DNA from: an uncultured Terracidiphilus sp.
GTDB lineage: Bacteria; Acidobacteriota; Terriglobia; Terriglobales; Acidobacteriaceae
Reading direction: 5' to 3'
Assembly (NCBI GenBank): GCA_964560845.1
Contig: CAZLMY010000007.1
Span: 6,815 to 70,814, forward strand
Length of the DNA stretch: 64,000 nucleotides
Positions within the stretch are counted from its first letter, which is position 1, and each line of letters begins with the position of its first letter. Both the position numbers and the translations under genes were made by a program. Positions 1 through 8,399 of the stretch are shown piece by piece. Under the pieces are notes generated by a model. It saw nothing but the letters and a program-made list of their open reading frames with translations, did not search any database and was not told the DNA's origin.

Positions 1-114
1 TTGCGACCACGCCACCACCGGGAAAGCAAAGAGAAGAACCCCGAAGATCAGGGCAGCAAGCGTTGCACACAGCCAGAGCCATCGCCATCCGATGCGAAAG
101 CGAGACGCCTCCAT
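1..114 (-). CDS. 5' end of a putative membrane-protein CDS running off the left edge (partial)
   Basis: Own minus-strand translation. ATG at 114 (in-frame alternative ATG at 165) gives MEASRFRIGWRWLWLCATLAALIFGVLLFAFPVVAWSQ, open to base 1. N-terminus is hydrophobic and TM-like. No homology evidence. Confidence 0.25.
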   Translation of the reverse strand, partial: MEASRFRIGWRWLWLCATLAALIFGVLLFAFPVVAWSQ

Positions 115-361
115 TGCCGCGCGCCGCCTGGCCCCAGGCTCGCTCGAAAGCTCAAAAACAACCATACTCGCACACGTCCGGTGTCCGATTCCGCACTCCC
201 CTCTCCGCCTTCGGAGGAGGATTTGGCCGGAATCCAATCGAATACGCCGTGCGAAACACCGCAGCTTCGAGGATCGAAATTGATCGAAGTATAGCTCAGA
301 AACTGAGCCGTGAAATATTTATAAGTCGAGATAATTCGACAAAGTTAGTGGCGGACATTCG

Positions 362-1786
362 TTAAAGTAAGCACTTGCCGCCATCCCCGCGGTGCTGCGC
401 CATATAACTGGCCGCGTCGAACTTCTTCGCCGTCGAGCCCGCCATCATGGTCCGCACCAACCCGAAAACAGGCCGGTTGAACCACGGCCGGTCGTGCCTG
501 CCCACAATCGCCCAAGCAATCCCCGCATAGCCGCTCGGGTCGCGTCCATCCAATTCGTAGCGGTCGTTCAGTTCCACAGCCCATTCGAACGCCGTGGCCG
601 GGTCCGGCGCCCATTCCAGAATCTTCTTGCCCCAATACATGCGCATGTACCCATGCATCCAGCCCGTCTCAACCATCTCCCGCTGCGCCGCATTCCATAA
701 CTCGTCGGCCGTCTCGCCGCGCTCCAGTACCTTGAGCGCATAGCGGTAGGGCCGCGCATCCCCGGCGTGTTCAATCAGCGTCTTGCGCGCCCACGGCGCC
801 GCGCACCTCCAGTTATCGTAATTAGCCTCGTGCCGTACAAACAGCACAGCCAGTTCCCGCCAACCAATCAACTCTTCCAGAAACTTGTCTGCCGTAGCAG
901 CCGCAACGTTGCCCTTGCCCACCGCCCGCTTTACGGCTGCCGCAATTGTCAGCGGTCCAATGTTGCCGAAGTGCAGCCAAGGCGACAACCGGCTCGTGCC
1001 TTTCATCTCAGGATGGTTACGCGCGACATCGTAACTCGATAACTCCAGCCGCACAAACTCATTCAGTCTGCTTATCGCTGCGTGCGTGCCGCCGGTAAAA
1101 CCATCGACTGGCGCCACGTTGCGATCGAGTTTGTTGAACCCTTGGGTAATATCTTCCACAAGCGAGAACTGCGCGAGCTTCGTCCAGGGAGTCCATGGCT
1201 TGGTCGGGACGAGCTTCTGCGGCGTCAGCAGGTACCGGGGCAGTTCCCTTTTCAGATGCGGCCTGAAGTGATGCAGCAATACAAAGCTGCGATCGAACAC
1301 CCGCGAGGGCACAACCACATCGGCATCCACCGTCCAGAAAGGAATCTTCAGCCGCTTGGCCAGCACCCGCCGCCACCGCTCCGGCTCGCGCAAGCGATTC
1401 TCGTCGCCAACCAGCAGCGCCGCATCCACTTCTTCCAGAAACCCTTCGAGCGTAGCGTCCGGCGCTCGTCGCACCACAAAGCCCACCCCGAGTTCCGCCG
1501 CATCTTCAGCCACGTCGCGCAGCCCCTGCGCCATAAAGCGATAATGCCGCAAGTTGGCGTTGGGATAGTTCGCGATCACCTGAAAGTAAACAACCACCGG
1601 CAGTCCCAACAGATTCCCTGCCTCGATTGCCACATCGAGCGCAGGGTTATCGAGGGTCCGCATCGCCCGTTGCATCCAGTACACGACGCAATGTGCGCCC
1701 GGGCGAGGCGCACCACCGCGCCGCACCGTTACCCGGAGTTTTTCGGCGAGGGTGGAAAGATAAACCGGTAGGCCAGAGTCAGGCAT
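362..1786 (-). CDS. phr: Deoxyribodipyrimidine (CPD) photolyase, class II-like
   Basis: 474-aa ORF. N-terminal VVYWMQRAMRTLDNPALDVA and C-terminal GRHDRPWFNRPVFGLVRTMMAGSTAKKFD fit the class II photolyase pattern. Confidence 0.88.
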   Translation of the reverse strand: MPDSGLPVYLSTLAEKLRVTVRRGGAPRPGAHCVVYWMQRAMRTLDNPALDVAIEAGNLLGLPVVVYFQVIANYPNANLRHYRFMAQGLRDVAEDAAELGVGFVVRRAPDATLEGFLEEVDAALLVGDENRLREPERWRRVLAKRLKIPFWTVDADVVVPSRVFDRSFVLLHHFRPHLKRELPRYLLTPQKLVPTKPWTPWTKLAQFSLVEDITQGFNKLDRNVAPVDGFTGGTHAAISRLNEFVRLELSSYDVARNHPEMKGTSRLSPWLHFGNIGPLTIAAAVKRAVGKGNVAAATADKFLEELIGWRELAVLFVRHEANYDNWRCAAPWARKTLIEHAGDARPYRYALKVLERGETADELWNAAQREMVETGWMHGYMRMYWGKKILEWAPDPATAFEWAVELNDRYELDGRDPSGYAGIAWAIVGRHDRPWFNRPVFGLVRTMMAGSTAKKFDAASYMAQHRGDGGKCLL

Positions 1787-1896
1787 CGCCTCTTCAGGCT
1801 ATATCGTTTCCGGAGGTAGAACGATTTGTCTTTCGATGCTGCCATAATAGTTCAGAGAATACTTTGGGGGCATTTCGGGATGAGAGTACAAAGTCT

Positions 1897-2313
1897 ATGT
1901 TCCATTGGATAGCGAATTTCCGGAAAACAATGCGGCAAAATCGGCTCGCCCGTTCTCGCACGGTTAGTTTTAACTTCACTTCCGGAGGAGCAGCCTACAC
2001 GAGTTGCCTGAATGGCGAATTGGAAGTCGACGAACTGATTCCATGGACAAAGATCGAATCGGTCGCGGCATTCAAGCGTGACGTCTTCTCATACGATCTC
2101 ATCTGCATCGGTCTCGAAACTTCTGCTTTCTCTTATGAAATCAATGAAGAGATGGTGTGCTGGACGGCCTTTCTCAAGGAACTGCCCAGATACCTACCCG
2201 GCTGTCTCGAGGCGGATGATTGGTACGAAGCGGTTCGGTTGCCACCGTTTACAAGAAACTGGACCATCCTCTACACCCGCGAAACAACTTCCGATCTGGC
2301 TGCGGGCGCCTGA
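1897..2313 (+). CDS. Hypothetical cytoplasmic protein (orphan, lower-GC segment)
   Basis: Track ORF 1627-2313 trimmed to the internal ATG at 1897 (MFHWIANFRK...), because upstream codons overlap the photolyase 5' end. No recognisable motif, weak SD. Confidence 0.35.
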   Translation: MFHWIANFRKTMRQNRLARSRTVSFNFTSGGAAYTSCLNGELEVDELIPWTKIESVAAFKRDVFSYDLICIGLETSAFSYEINEEMVCWTAFLKELPRYLPGCLEADDWYEAVRLPPFTRNWTILYTRETTSDLAAGA

Positions 2314-2392
2314 CAAGAAACGGCGCGGGCGGGGACGCCCGCGCGACAGCCGGTCAGGCGGAACTTCCCCCGCCAAAAGAAGTTAGGGCGCG

Positions 2393-2791
2393 ATGAGCCT
2401 GCGCGGCATGGATGCGACCATGACCGTCGCATCCGCCACCGACGGCGATGTCTTCCGCGCGTATGTGGAGCAGGTGCTGTGTGCCGCGCTCCACCCCGGC
2501 GACGTGGTGGTGATGGATAACTTGTCGGCACACAAGGTAGCGGAGATACGCGAGCGGATCGAAGCTTGCGGTGCGCAACTGCTCTATCTGCCGCCCTACT
2601 CGCCGGACTTGAACCCCATCGAGAAGGCCTGGTCGAAGTTCAAGAAGTTCCTGCGTGACGCCAAAGCACGAACCAAAGAAGCACTCGATCAAGCCGTCAC
2701 CGATGCCCTCAAAACCATAACCGCTGACAACGCTGCGGCATGGTTCCGCCACTGCGGCTACCAGGGCACACCAATTATGGTTTCGCTCTAA
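2393..2791 (+). pseudogene. IS630-family (Tc1/mariner-like) transposase, C-terminal DDE fragment only (mobile-element relic)
   Basis: FRAYVEQVL...VVVMDNLSAHK...LLYLPPYSPDLNPIEKAWSKFKKFLR is the classic IS630 DD(35)E core. Only about 130 of about 340 aa are present. No N-terminal HTH part and no recognisable inverted-repeat ends. Confidence 0.8.
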
Positions 2792-5052
2792 GGCAGCGTG
2801 ATTTTCTGCTGCAAACCGAGATCTTGCGAAGAGCTGCCGACAAGCACAGTGTAGGCGCCGGGGATCAGTTTCCATGCGTCGGCGCCTTCGTCATAGACAG
2901 TCAGCCGATCGCGATCCACCGGAATGGAGACCTGTTTCGATTCGCCCGCGGCCAGATCGACGCGCGCAAATCCGATCAGCCGCTTGGGCGGTTCGGCGGC
3001 CGCATCGGGCAGTGAGGCGTAAACCTGAACGATCTCAGTGCCGGCGCGCTTGCCCGTGTTGCGGACCGTGAGTGAGACGGCAAGCACATCGCCGCTCTTC
3101 ACGTTCAGCCCGGAGTAGGCGTAGCTGGTATAGGACAGACCGAAGCCGAAGGGGAACAGCACGGACTTCTTTTCCGCGTCGTACCACTTGTAGCCGACCT
3201 TGAGTTTCTCGTCGTATGAAATCTGGAACGGCGGCAGGCCATTGGCGCGGAGCGTCATGATCTTGTTGATGTCGGCTCCCGGAGTGAAGTTGATCTGGGA
3301 GGTGGGCGGCGGCGTGATCAGCGTGGGATGCGGCAGGTCTGAGTCGCTCTTGGGGAAGGTGATGGCCAGCTTGCCGGTGGGGTTCACCTGGCCTGTAAGG
3401 ATGCCGGCCAATGCCTCTGCGCCGCGGATGCCGGGATACCAGGCTTCAATGACGCCCGCGACCTTTTCAATCCAGGGCATGGTGGCCGGGCTGCCTGTTT
3501 CGAGCACCACGACGGTCTTGCGATTGGCTGCGGCCACGGTCTCAATCAACTTGTTTTGTACGTCGCCCAGGTCCAGGGTCTTCAGGTCCATTCCTTCCGA
3601 CTCCCATTGAGAAGCGAAGACGATGGCGACATCGGCCTGCTTGGCCGCTGTGGCCGCGGCGTCAAGATCGTCGCCGGAGACGAAGGAGACGTTGGCGGAG
3701 GGCAGCTTGGCTATCAACGCCTTCAGCGGTGAATCGCGCAGCCAGGCCTGGCGCATGTAGCCGGGCATGGTGCCTTGCGGGGGCGGAGGGACGGCGCTTC
3801 CACCCGGAGGGTCGACTTGCGCCGAACCGCCGCCGGTGAGCACGCCCACATCGGCATGACCGCCAATCATCACCACGGTATGCACGCTGGCCGCCTCGAG
3901 CGGCAAAACATGATGCTCATTCTTGAGCAGAACGATGCTCTTCTCAGCGATGTTCTCAGCCAGCGCATAGCCGCGCTCCACATCCGGCACCATCTTTACC
4001 ACGGGATGGTCGAACAAGCCGGAGGCAAAGATGGTGCGCACGATGCGATGCACGTGCTCGTCGATTTCGGCCTGCGAAACTTCGCCGCTCTCGACCGCCT
4101 TCTGCAAGGTGTCGCCGAAGAAGACTTTTCCGGGCTGCTCCTGGTCAAGGCCGGCATGGGAAGCTTTGACCGCGGAATGGGTCCCGCCCCAGTCGGAGAG
4201 AACAAAGCCCTGGAAGTGGAAGTCCTTCTTCAGCACTTCGTTGAGCAGGTAGTTGTTCTCGCAGGCAAAATCGCCATTCACGCGGTTATAAGAGCACATG
4301 AAGGCGCCGGCATCGGAGATTTTGAGCGCGATCTCGAAGGCGCGCAAGTCGGTCTCGCGCATCGAACGCTTGTCGATGTTGGCGTTCACGGCGTTGCGTC
4401 CGCTCTCCTGGTCGTTGATGGCATAGTGCTTCAGGTCGCCGATAATGTTCTCGGACTGCACGCCCTTGACGAAGTTGCCTACGAGGATGCCGGCCAGCAG
4501 CGGATCTTCGCCCTGGTACTCGAAGGTGCGGCCGTTGCGCGGTTCGCGGGGCAGATTCACTCCGCCGCCAAGCGACATGCTGTAGCCTTGCGCGCGCAGT
4601 TCCCTGCCGATGAGCGCGCCATAAGCGTATGCGCCGTCCGGGTCCCAGGCAGAAGCAGCGGCCAGATTGTTGGGCAATGCGGTGGAGTAGCGGCCGCCGG
4701 CGGCGCCGCGCGTCACGCCATAGGCCGAATCCGCCATCTGAATCGCCGGAATTCCAAGCCGCGGGACGGCAATGGAGTAGCCGGCGCCGCCGTTGGAATC
4801 CGTGGGGCCGGTAACGCCGAAGGGCAGGCCCTGCCCATGGAGCAAGGAGATTTTCTCGTCCAATGTCATCTCGTGGATGACCAGATCGGCCCGCGCATCG
4901 GCAGACATGCTGGTTTCTGACCAGGGATAGTGCTTGGGCGGCTGTGGTCCCCTTGGCCCCTGCGCAAACGCAATCGGTGTTGCCGCAAAAGCTGTGGCCA
5001 GAGCGAACGCGCACGCCGCGCGACTCCGGCTGTTCAATCGGATCTTCGTCAT
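2788..5052 (-). CDS. bglX: Secreted glycoside hydrolase family 3 beta-glucosidase
   Basis: KHYAINDQE and GFVLSDWGG (GH3 nucleophile SDW motif). Fn3-like C-terminus. Start moved to ATG 5052, giving signal peptide MTKIRLNSRSRAACAFALATAFAATPIAFAQ. Confidence 0.9.
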   Translation of the reverse strand: MTKIRLNSRSRAACAFALATAFAATPIAFAQGPRGPQPPKHYPWSETSMSADARADLVIHEMTLDEKISLLHGQGLPFGVTGPTDSNGGAGYSIAVPRLGIPAIQMADSAYGVTRGAAGGRYSTALPNNLAAASAWDPDGAYAYGALIGRELRAQGYSMSLGGGVNLPREPRNGRTFEYQGEDPLLAGILVGNFVKGVQSENIIGDLKHYAINDQESGRNAVNANIDKRSMRETDLRAFEIALKISDAGAFMCSYNRVNGDFACENNYLLNEVLKKDFHFQGFVLSDWGGTHSAVKASHAGLDQEQPGKVFFGDTLQKAVESGEVSQAEIDEHVHRIVRTIFASGLFDHPVVKMVPDVERGYALAENIAEKSIVLLKNEHHVLPLEAASVHTVVMIGGHADVGVLTGGGSAQVDPPGGSAVPPPPQGTMPGYMRQAWLRDSPLKALIAKLPSANVSFVSGDDLDAAATAAKQADVAIVFASQWESEGMDLKTLDLGDVQNKLIETVAAANRKTVVVLETGSPATMPWIEKVAGVIEAWYPGIRGAEALAGILTGQVNPTGKLAITFPKSDSDLPHPTLITPPPTSQINFTPGADINKIMTLRANGLPPFQISYDEKLKVGYKWYDAEKKSVLFPFGFGLSYTSYAYSGLNVKSGDVLAVSLTVRNTGKRAGTEIVQVYASLPDAAAEPPKRLIGFARVDLAAGESKQVSIPVDRDRLTVYDEGADAWKLIPGAYTVLVGSSSQDLGLQQKITLP

Positions 5053-5288
5053 AATCTGCCTCTCTGAATGGGTTCTTGTTGGCTGGGCGACTCGTGGACA
5101 CGGTCCCCGATGCGGGCTTGGGTGACTGCTGAGCACATCAATCGAACGCGCCTCATGGTAGAGGGCGAGGCGCCCGGGCGCAAGACCGGCCAAGCCTGAA
5201 GGGTCCCTCGGCAAGCGCTCAAGGTTGGTGACGAAGCATCAGGGGAGTTGGACCCAAACAGGCTCTGGTAAAAGTCGATTTGTGAATG

Positions 5289-5308
5289 GGCACGACTGAA
5301 TTCGTGCC
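5289..5308. repeat. GGCACGA-N6-TCGTGCC hairpin unit (same submotif as in elements at 5367-5472 and 8320-8394)
   Basis: Perfect 7-bp inverted repeat read directly: ggcacgactgaattcgtgcc. Confidence 0.6.
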
Positions 5309-5342
5309 GCAAGAAACAGATTAAAGACGGGTGGGCTTTACA

Positions 5343-5515
5343 GGCTGCGGAAAGACTCTTCGGGAAGGCTCGGTGCGTCAGGGCACGACCGGGGCACCGG
5401 GGGACCCTCAGGGTCGGGGTCGCGTGCCGATAAGGCCCATAGAATGAGTGGGGCTTTAGCCCCCGAGGGATGCTTTTCAGAACTTCTGGGTCAAAACAAG
5501 AGTTTTTCCGCAGCC
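5343..5515. repeat. Structured intergenic repeat element (REP/MITE-like), copy A
   Basis: Bounded by a perfect 11-bp inverted repeat, GGCTGCGGAAA (5343-5353) / TTTCCGCAGCC (5505-5515). Core 5367-5472 contains GTCAGGGCACGAC...GCGTGCCGATAA...GGGCTTTAGCCCCCGAGGGAT, alignable to the reverse complement of 8320-8394. Nested palindrome GACCCTCAGGGTC. Confidence 0.65.
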
Positions 5516-5711
5516 CTGGAGGGAAGTCTTTCAGCGATCTGAATTGTCGCCGCAGGACGCAGAACGGGAGAGAAGCACGCGGAGAGGCTTTCAGCCGGAA
5601 ATAGGGAAATAGTGCAAACCTGAACTGGCGGCGATGCAGCCATTCGCGCCGAGAGGATTCCGTTTCATCCTCCCGGCGCCTTCGATTCTTCAGATGTCTC
5701 TGAAATCGGAC

Positions 5712-8231
5712 CTATTCGAGCGTGAGGTCCACTCCTTTTCCGGTATCGGGCAAGGTCGCAACCCAGACATGAGTAGCAGCATTCCATGCGGCTGTAGACG
5801 CCTTGCCGATTCGGTTGCTGTGTCCGTGCGGCGGATACCAGCCATACACTTCAATGGCGATCGTCGACCACCAAGCCGGATAACTCCCCTGGTGCGGGCC
5901 CACGGAAACGTGGAGTGTCTTGCCTTCCGTCGTGCAGGTCGCCTCCATACGCAGATAGTTTCCTTGCCTGAAGTCGAACGATTTGCCGTCGTCCTGATAG
6001 AGGCTGCCCTTGCAATCTTCACCGACATACACGCGCAGGGTGAGAGGGCCATTGGGCACTTCCATGGTGCTTTGGGTTAATGGCACGACGGGCAAGATCG
6101 CGCCGCCTCGCACATAGACGGGCAGAACCGCAACGTTGGGCTGCACCATGACCGGCTTCAATACGGTTGCACCAGCCGGCGGCCGCGGACCTTTCTTCTG
6201 CTCTCCGTCGCGACTTTCCACTGCGGCCGACTGCGCCACCAGTTGGCCCGTCCAATAGTCGTACCAGAGGCCCGGGGGCATTTGAACTTCATACGGGTCT
6301 AACTCGTCCGGATAGGACGGCGGCGCAACCAACAGGTCGGGGCCGAAAAGAAACTCGGCCGGCGCGTCGAGGTCGATGGGATGCAGATCCTTGGCCGCAT
6401 CCGGAAACTCCAGGAACAGCGGTCGCACGATGGGCAATCCGGTCCGCGACATCTCTTCGGCAGTGGTGTAGAGATAGGGCAACAGCTTGTAGCGCTCTTC
6501 AATGGAATGGCGGCGAATGGCTTCTTGCTCCGGCCCGTTCACCCATGGCTCCTGGTCGTTGGTGCCGCTGGCCGTGTGGTCGCGATCGATGGGCTGAAAG
6601 GCAGCAACTTCAAGCCACTTGGTCAGCAGGTCAGGCTGCGGAGAACCCGCGAATCCGCCGACATCCGCGCCGCTCATCGCAAATCCGCTCAGCCCGAGGT
6701 TCTCAAGCATGGGCGTTGTAAGGCGCAGATGGTTCCAGGTGGAGCTGTTATCGCCTGTCCAAGTGGAAGCATAGCGCTGGCCGCCTGCATAACTGGCGCG
6801 CGTCAAAACGAAAGGGCGCAGGTTGGGCTGCAGCTTCAACAGGCCATCGTAAGTGGCGCGCGAGTTCTCCATGCCGTAGACATTGTGGATTTCAAGATGG
6901 CTCGCGGTGCGCTTTTGAAAGCCCGGCTCATCAATGCGATGCTGGATGTCGTCGGGCATGGTCTTGGACGGGACGCCAAAGACCGCCGGCTCGTTCATGT
7001 CATTCCAAAAGCCCGCGACACCTTCCGCGACGAAGCCCTTATAGAGCGAGCCCCACCAGGTGCGCGTTTGTTGTTGCGTGAAATCGGGAAAGACCGAATC
7101 CCCTGGCCAAACCTTCCCGATGTATATCGCCCCATTAGGATACTTCACGAAATGGTCGCCGGCCTTGCCTGAGTCGTAGGGAGCGTATCCCGCATCGGGC
7201 AACATGGCGATGTGAAGATCGGTGATGGCGACCACATGAATCTGCTGATTATCGAGATCCTTGATCATCTTTTCAAAGGAAGGGAATCTCGTCTGGTCGA
7301 CGGTGAACGGTCTGTTCTTGCGCTGATAGTCGATGTCGAGATAGATGGCGTCGACTGGAATCTTGTCGGCGCGCAGACGATTTGCGATCTCGCGAACGCG
7401 CGATTCAGGATAGTAACTGTAGCGCGACTGCTGATAACCGAAGGACCACAAAGGCGGAAGCGGTGTGGGGCCGGTCAACCACGCGTAGTCCTCAACCACT
7501 TGCTTGGGACCGGGTCCGTAGAGGAGATAGTAATCGACCGGGCCGGCCGGAGCGCCGAAGGAATAGGAATCGGCGAACTCCTTGCCGAAGTCGAAGCTTG
7601 CCCGCCAGCTGTTGTCGAACAGAACTCCCAACACGCGGCCTTGATTCCACGAGATGAAGAAGGGAATGCTTTTGTAGATCGGGTCGGTAGACTCCTGCCA
7701 GCCGAACGAATCGGTATTCCAATCGGTGAATGCCTGGCCGCGCCGATCGAGTGGGCCGACTTTGTCGCCGAGGCCGAAAAAGTGCTCCTCGGGGTTCATC
7801 TTTTTGTAAACCTTAAACGAGGAATCCTGGTACATGAGCGGACGCGCGTCCTGCTGCAGAATGTTCCCGGCGAGGTCGCTCACAGTGAGCCGCAGCTTGC
7901 TATCGAAGCTTACGCGCAGGGCTTTGGTGCTGAAGCCTGCGCTCTCGGCCGTCACGGCGACTCTGGAGGTGCGCGCTTGCGGCAGAACTGCCCACGAGGC
8001 GTCTTCAGGGAGTTGTCCGTCTTTGCCTGCGCGGACACGCAGCACGTCGTCGCGCAGCGCCGTGACTTGGATCGTGACGCCTTGGCCTGAGACCTCGACG
8101 CCGTTTGACAGGGCACGCATCTGCGCCGTTGCGGCAGGCACAGATTGCGCCGGGGCCGGGGAAGCCGGGAATGCGGCGATTATTGAGAAAAGGCCTATTG
8201 CTGCCCAACTGAGATTGAAACGAGAGATCAT
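5712..8231 (-). CDS. Secreted glycoside hydrolase family 31 alpha-glucosidase
   Basis: GFWNDMNEPAVF (GH31 WxDMNE catalytic motif) and TRASYAGGQRYASTWTGDN. Start set to ATG 8231 with GGGAGG 7 nt upstream and signal peptide MISRFNLSWAAIGLFSIIAAFPASPAPAQS. Confidence 0.9.
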   Translation of the reverse strand: MISRFNLSWAAIGLFSIIAAFPASPAPAQSVPAATAQMRALSNGVEVSGQGVTIQVTALRDDVLRVRAGKDGQLPEDASWAVLPQARTSRVAVTAESAGFSTKALRVSFDSKLRLTVSDLAGNILQQDARPLMYQDSSFKVYKKMNPEEHFFGLGDKVGPLDRRGQAFTDWNTDSFGWQESTDPIYKSIPFFISWNQGRVLGVLFDNSWRASFDFGKEFADSYSFGAPAGPVDYYLLYGPGPKQVVEDYAWLTGPTPLPPLWSFGYQQSRYSYYPESRVREIANRLRADKIPVDAIYLDIDYQRKNRPFTVDQTRFPSFEKMIKDLDNQQIHVVAITDLHIAMLPDAGYAPYDSGKAGDHFVKYPNGAIYIGKVWPGDSVFPDFTQQQTRTWWGSLYKGFVAEGVAGFWNDMNEPAVFGVPSKTMPDDIQHRIDEPGFQKRTASHLEIHNVYGMENSRATYDGLLKLQPNLRPFVLTRASYAGGQRYASTWTGDNSSTWNHLRLTTPMLENLGLSGFAMSGADVGGFAGSPQPDLLTKWLEVAAFQPIDRDHTASGTNDQEPWVNGPEQEAIRRHSIEERYKLLPYLYTTAEEMSRTGLPIVRPLFLEFPDAAKDLHPIDLDAPAEFLFGPDLLVAPPSYPDELDPYEVQMPPGLWYDYWTGQLVAQSAAVESRDGEQKKGPRPPAGATVLKPVMVQPNVAVLPVYVRGGAILPVVPLTQSTMEVPNGPLTLRVYVGEDCKGSLYQDDGKSFDFRQGNYLRMEATCTTEGKTLHVSVGPHQGSYPAWWSTIAIEVYGWYPPHGHSNRIGKASTAAWNAATHVWVATLPDTGKGVDLTLE

Positions 8232-8319
8232 TTGTTTGCCTCCCGGTACCGACTGCGACAACCGCATCCACATAGAAAAATACCTCATTCAGGACAATTC
8301 AGGTTTCAAAAGGGCAAGA

Positions 8320-8394
8320 ATCCCTCGGGGCTAAAGCCCGCCTTATTTCAGGGCTTGTTATGGCACGCCTGAAGTCGTGCCCTGACACACAGCC
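8320..8394. repeat. Structured intergenic repeat element, copy B (inverted relative to copy A)
   Basis: ATCCCTCGGGGCTAAAGCCC...TATGGCACGCCTGAAGTCGTGCCCTGACACAC. Its reverse complement aligns with 5367-5472. Lies in the 168-bp GH13/GH31 spacer. Confidence 0.65.
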
Positions 8395-8399
8395 AGTAT

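Noticed and set aside
1-294. 97-aa plus-strand ORF at the left edge (TTG start)
   Set aside because: Pro/Arg/Ser-rich low-complexity translation. The opposite strand gives a more plausible TM-type N-terminus (reported at low confidence).
2078-2386. ORF ending ...PDKKRRGRGRPRDSRSGGTSPAKRS, considered as a frameshifted upstream part of the IS630 transposase
   Set aside because: It has no HTH or IS630 N-terminal similarity. It mostly overlaps the 1897-2313 ORF in another frame, and the basic tail is low complexity.
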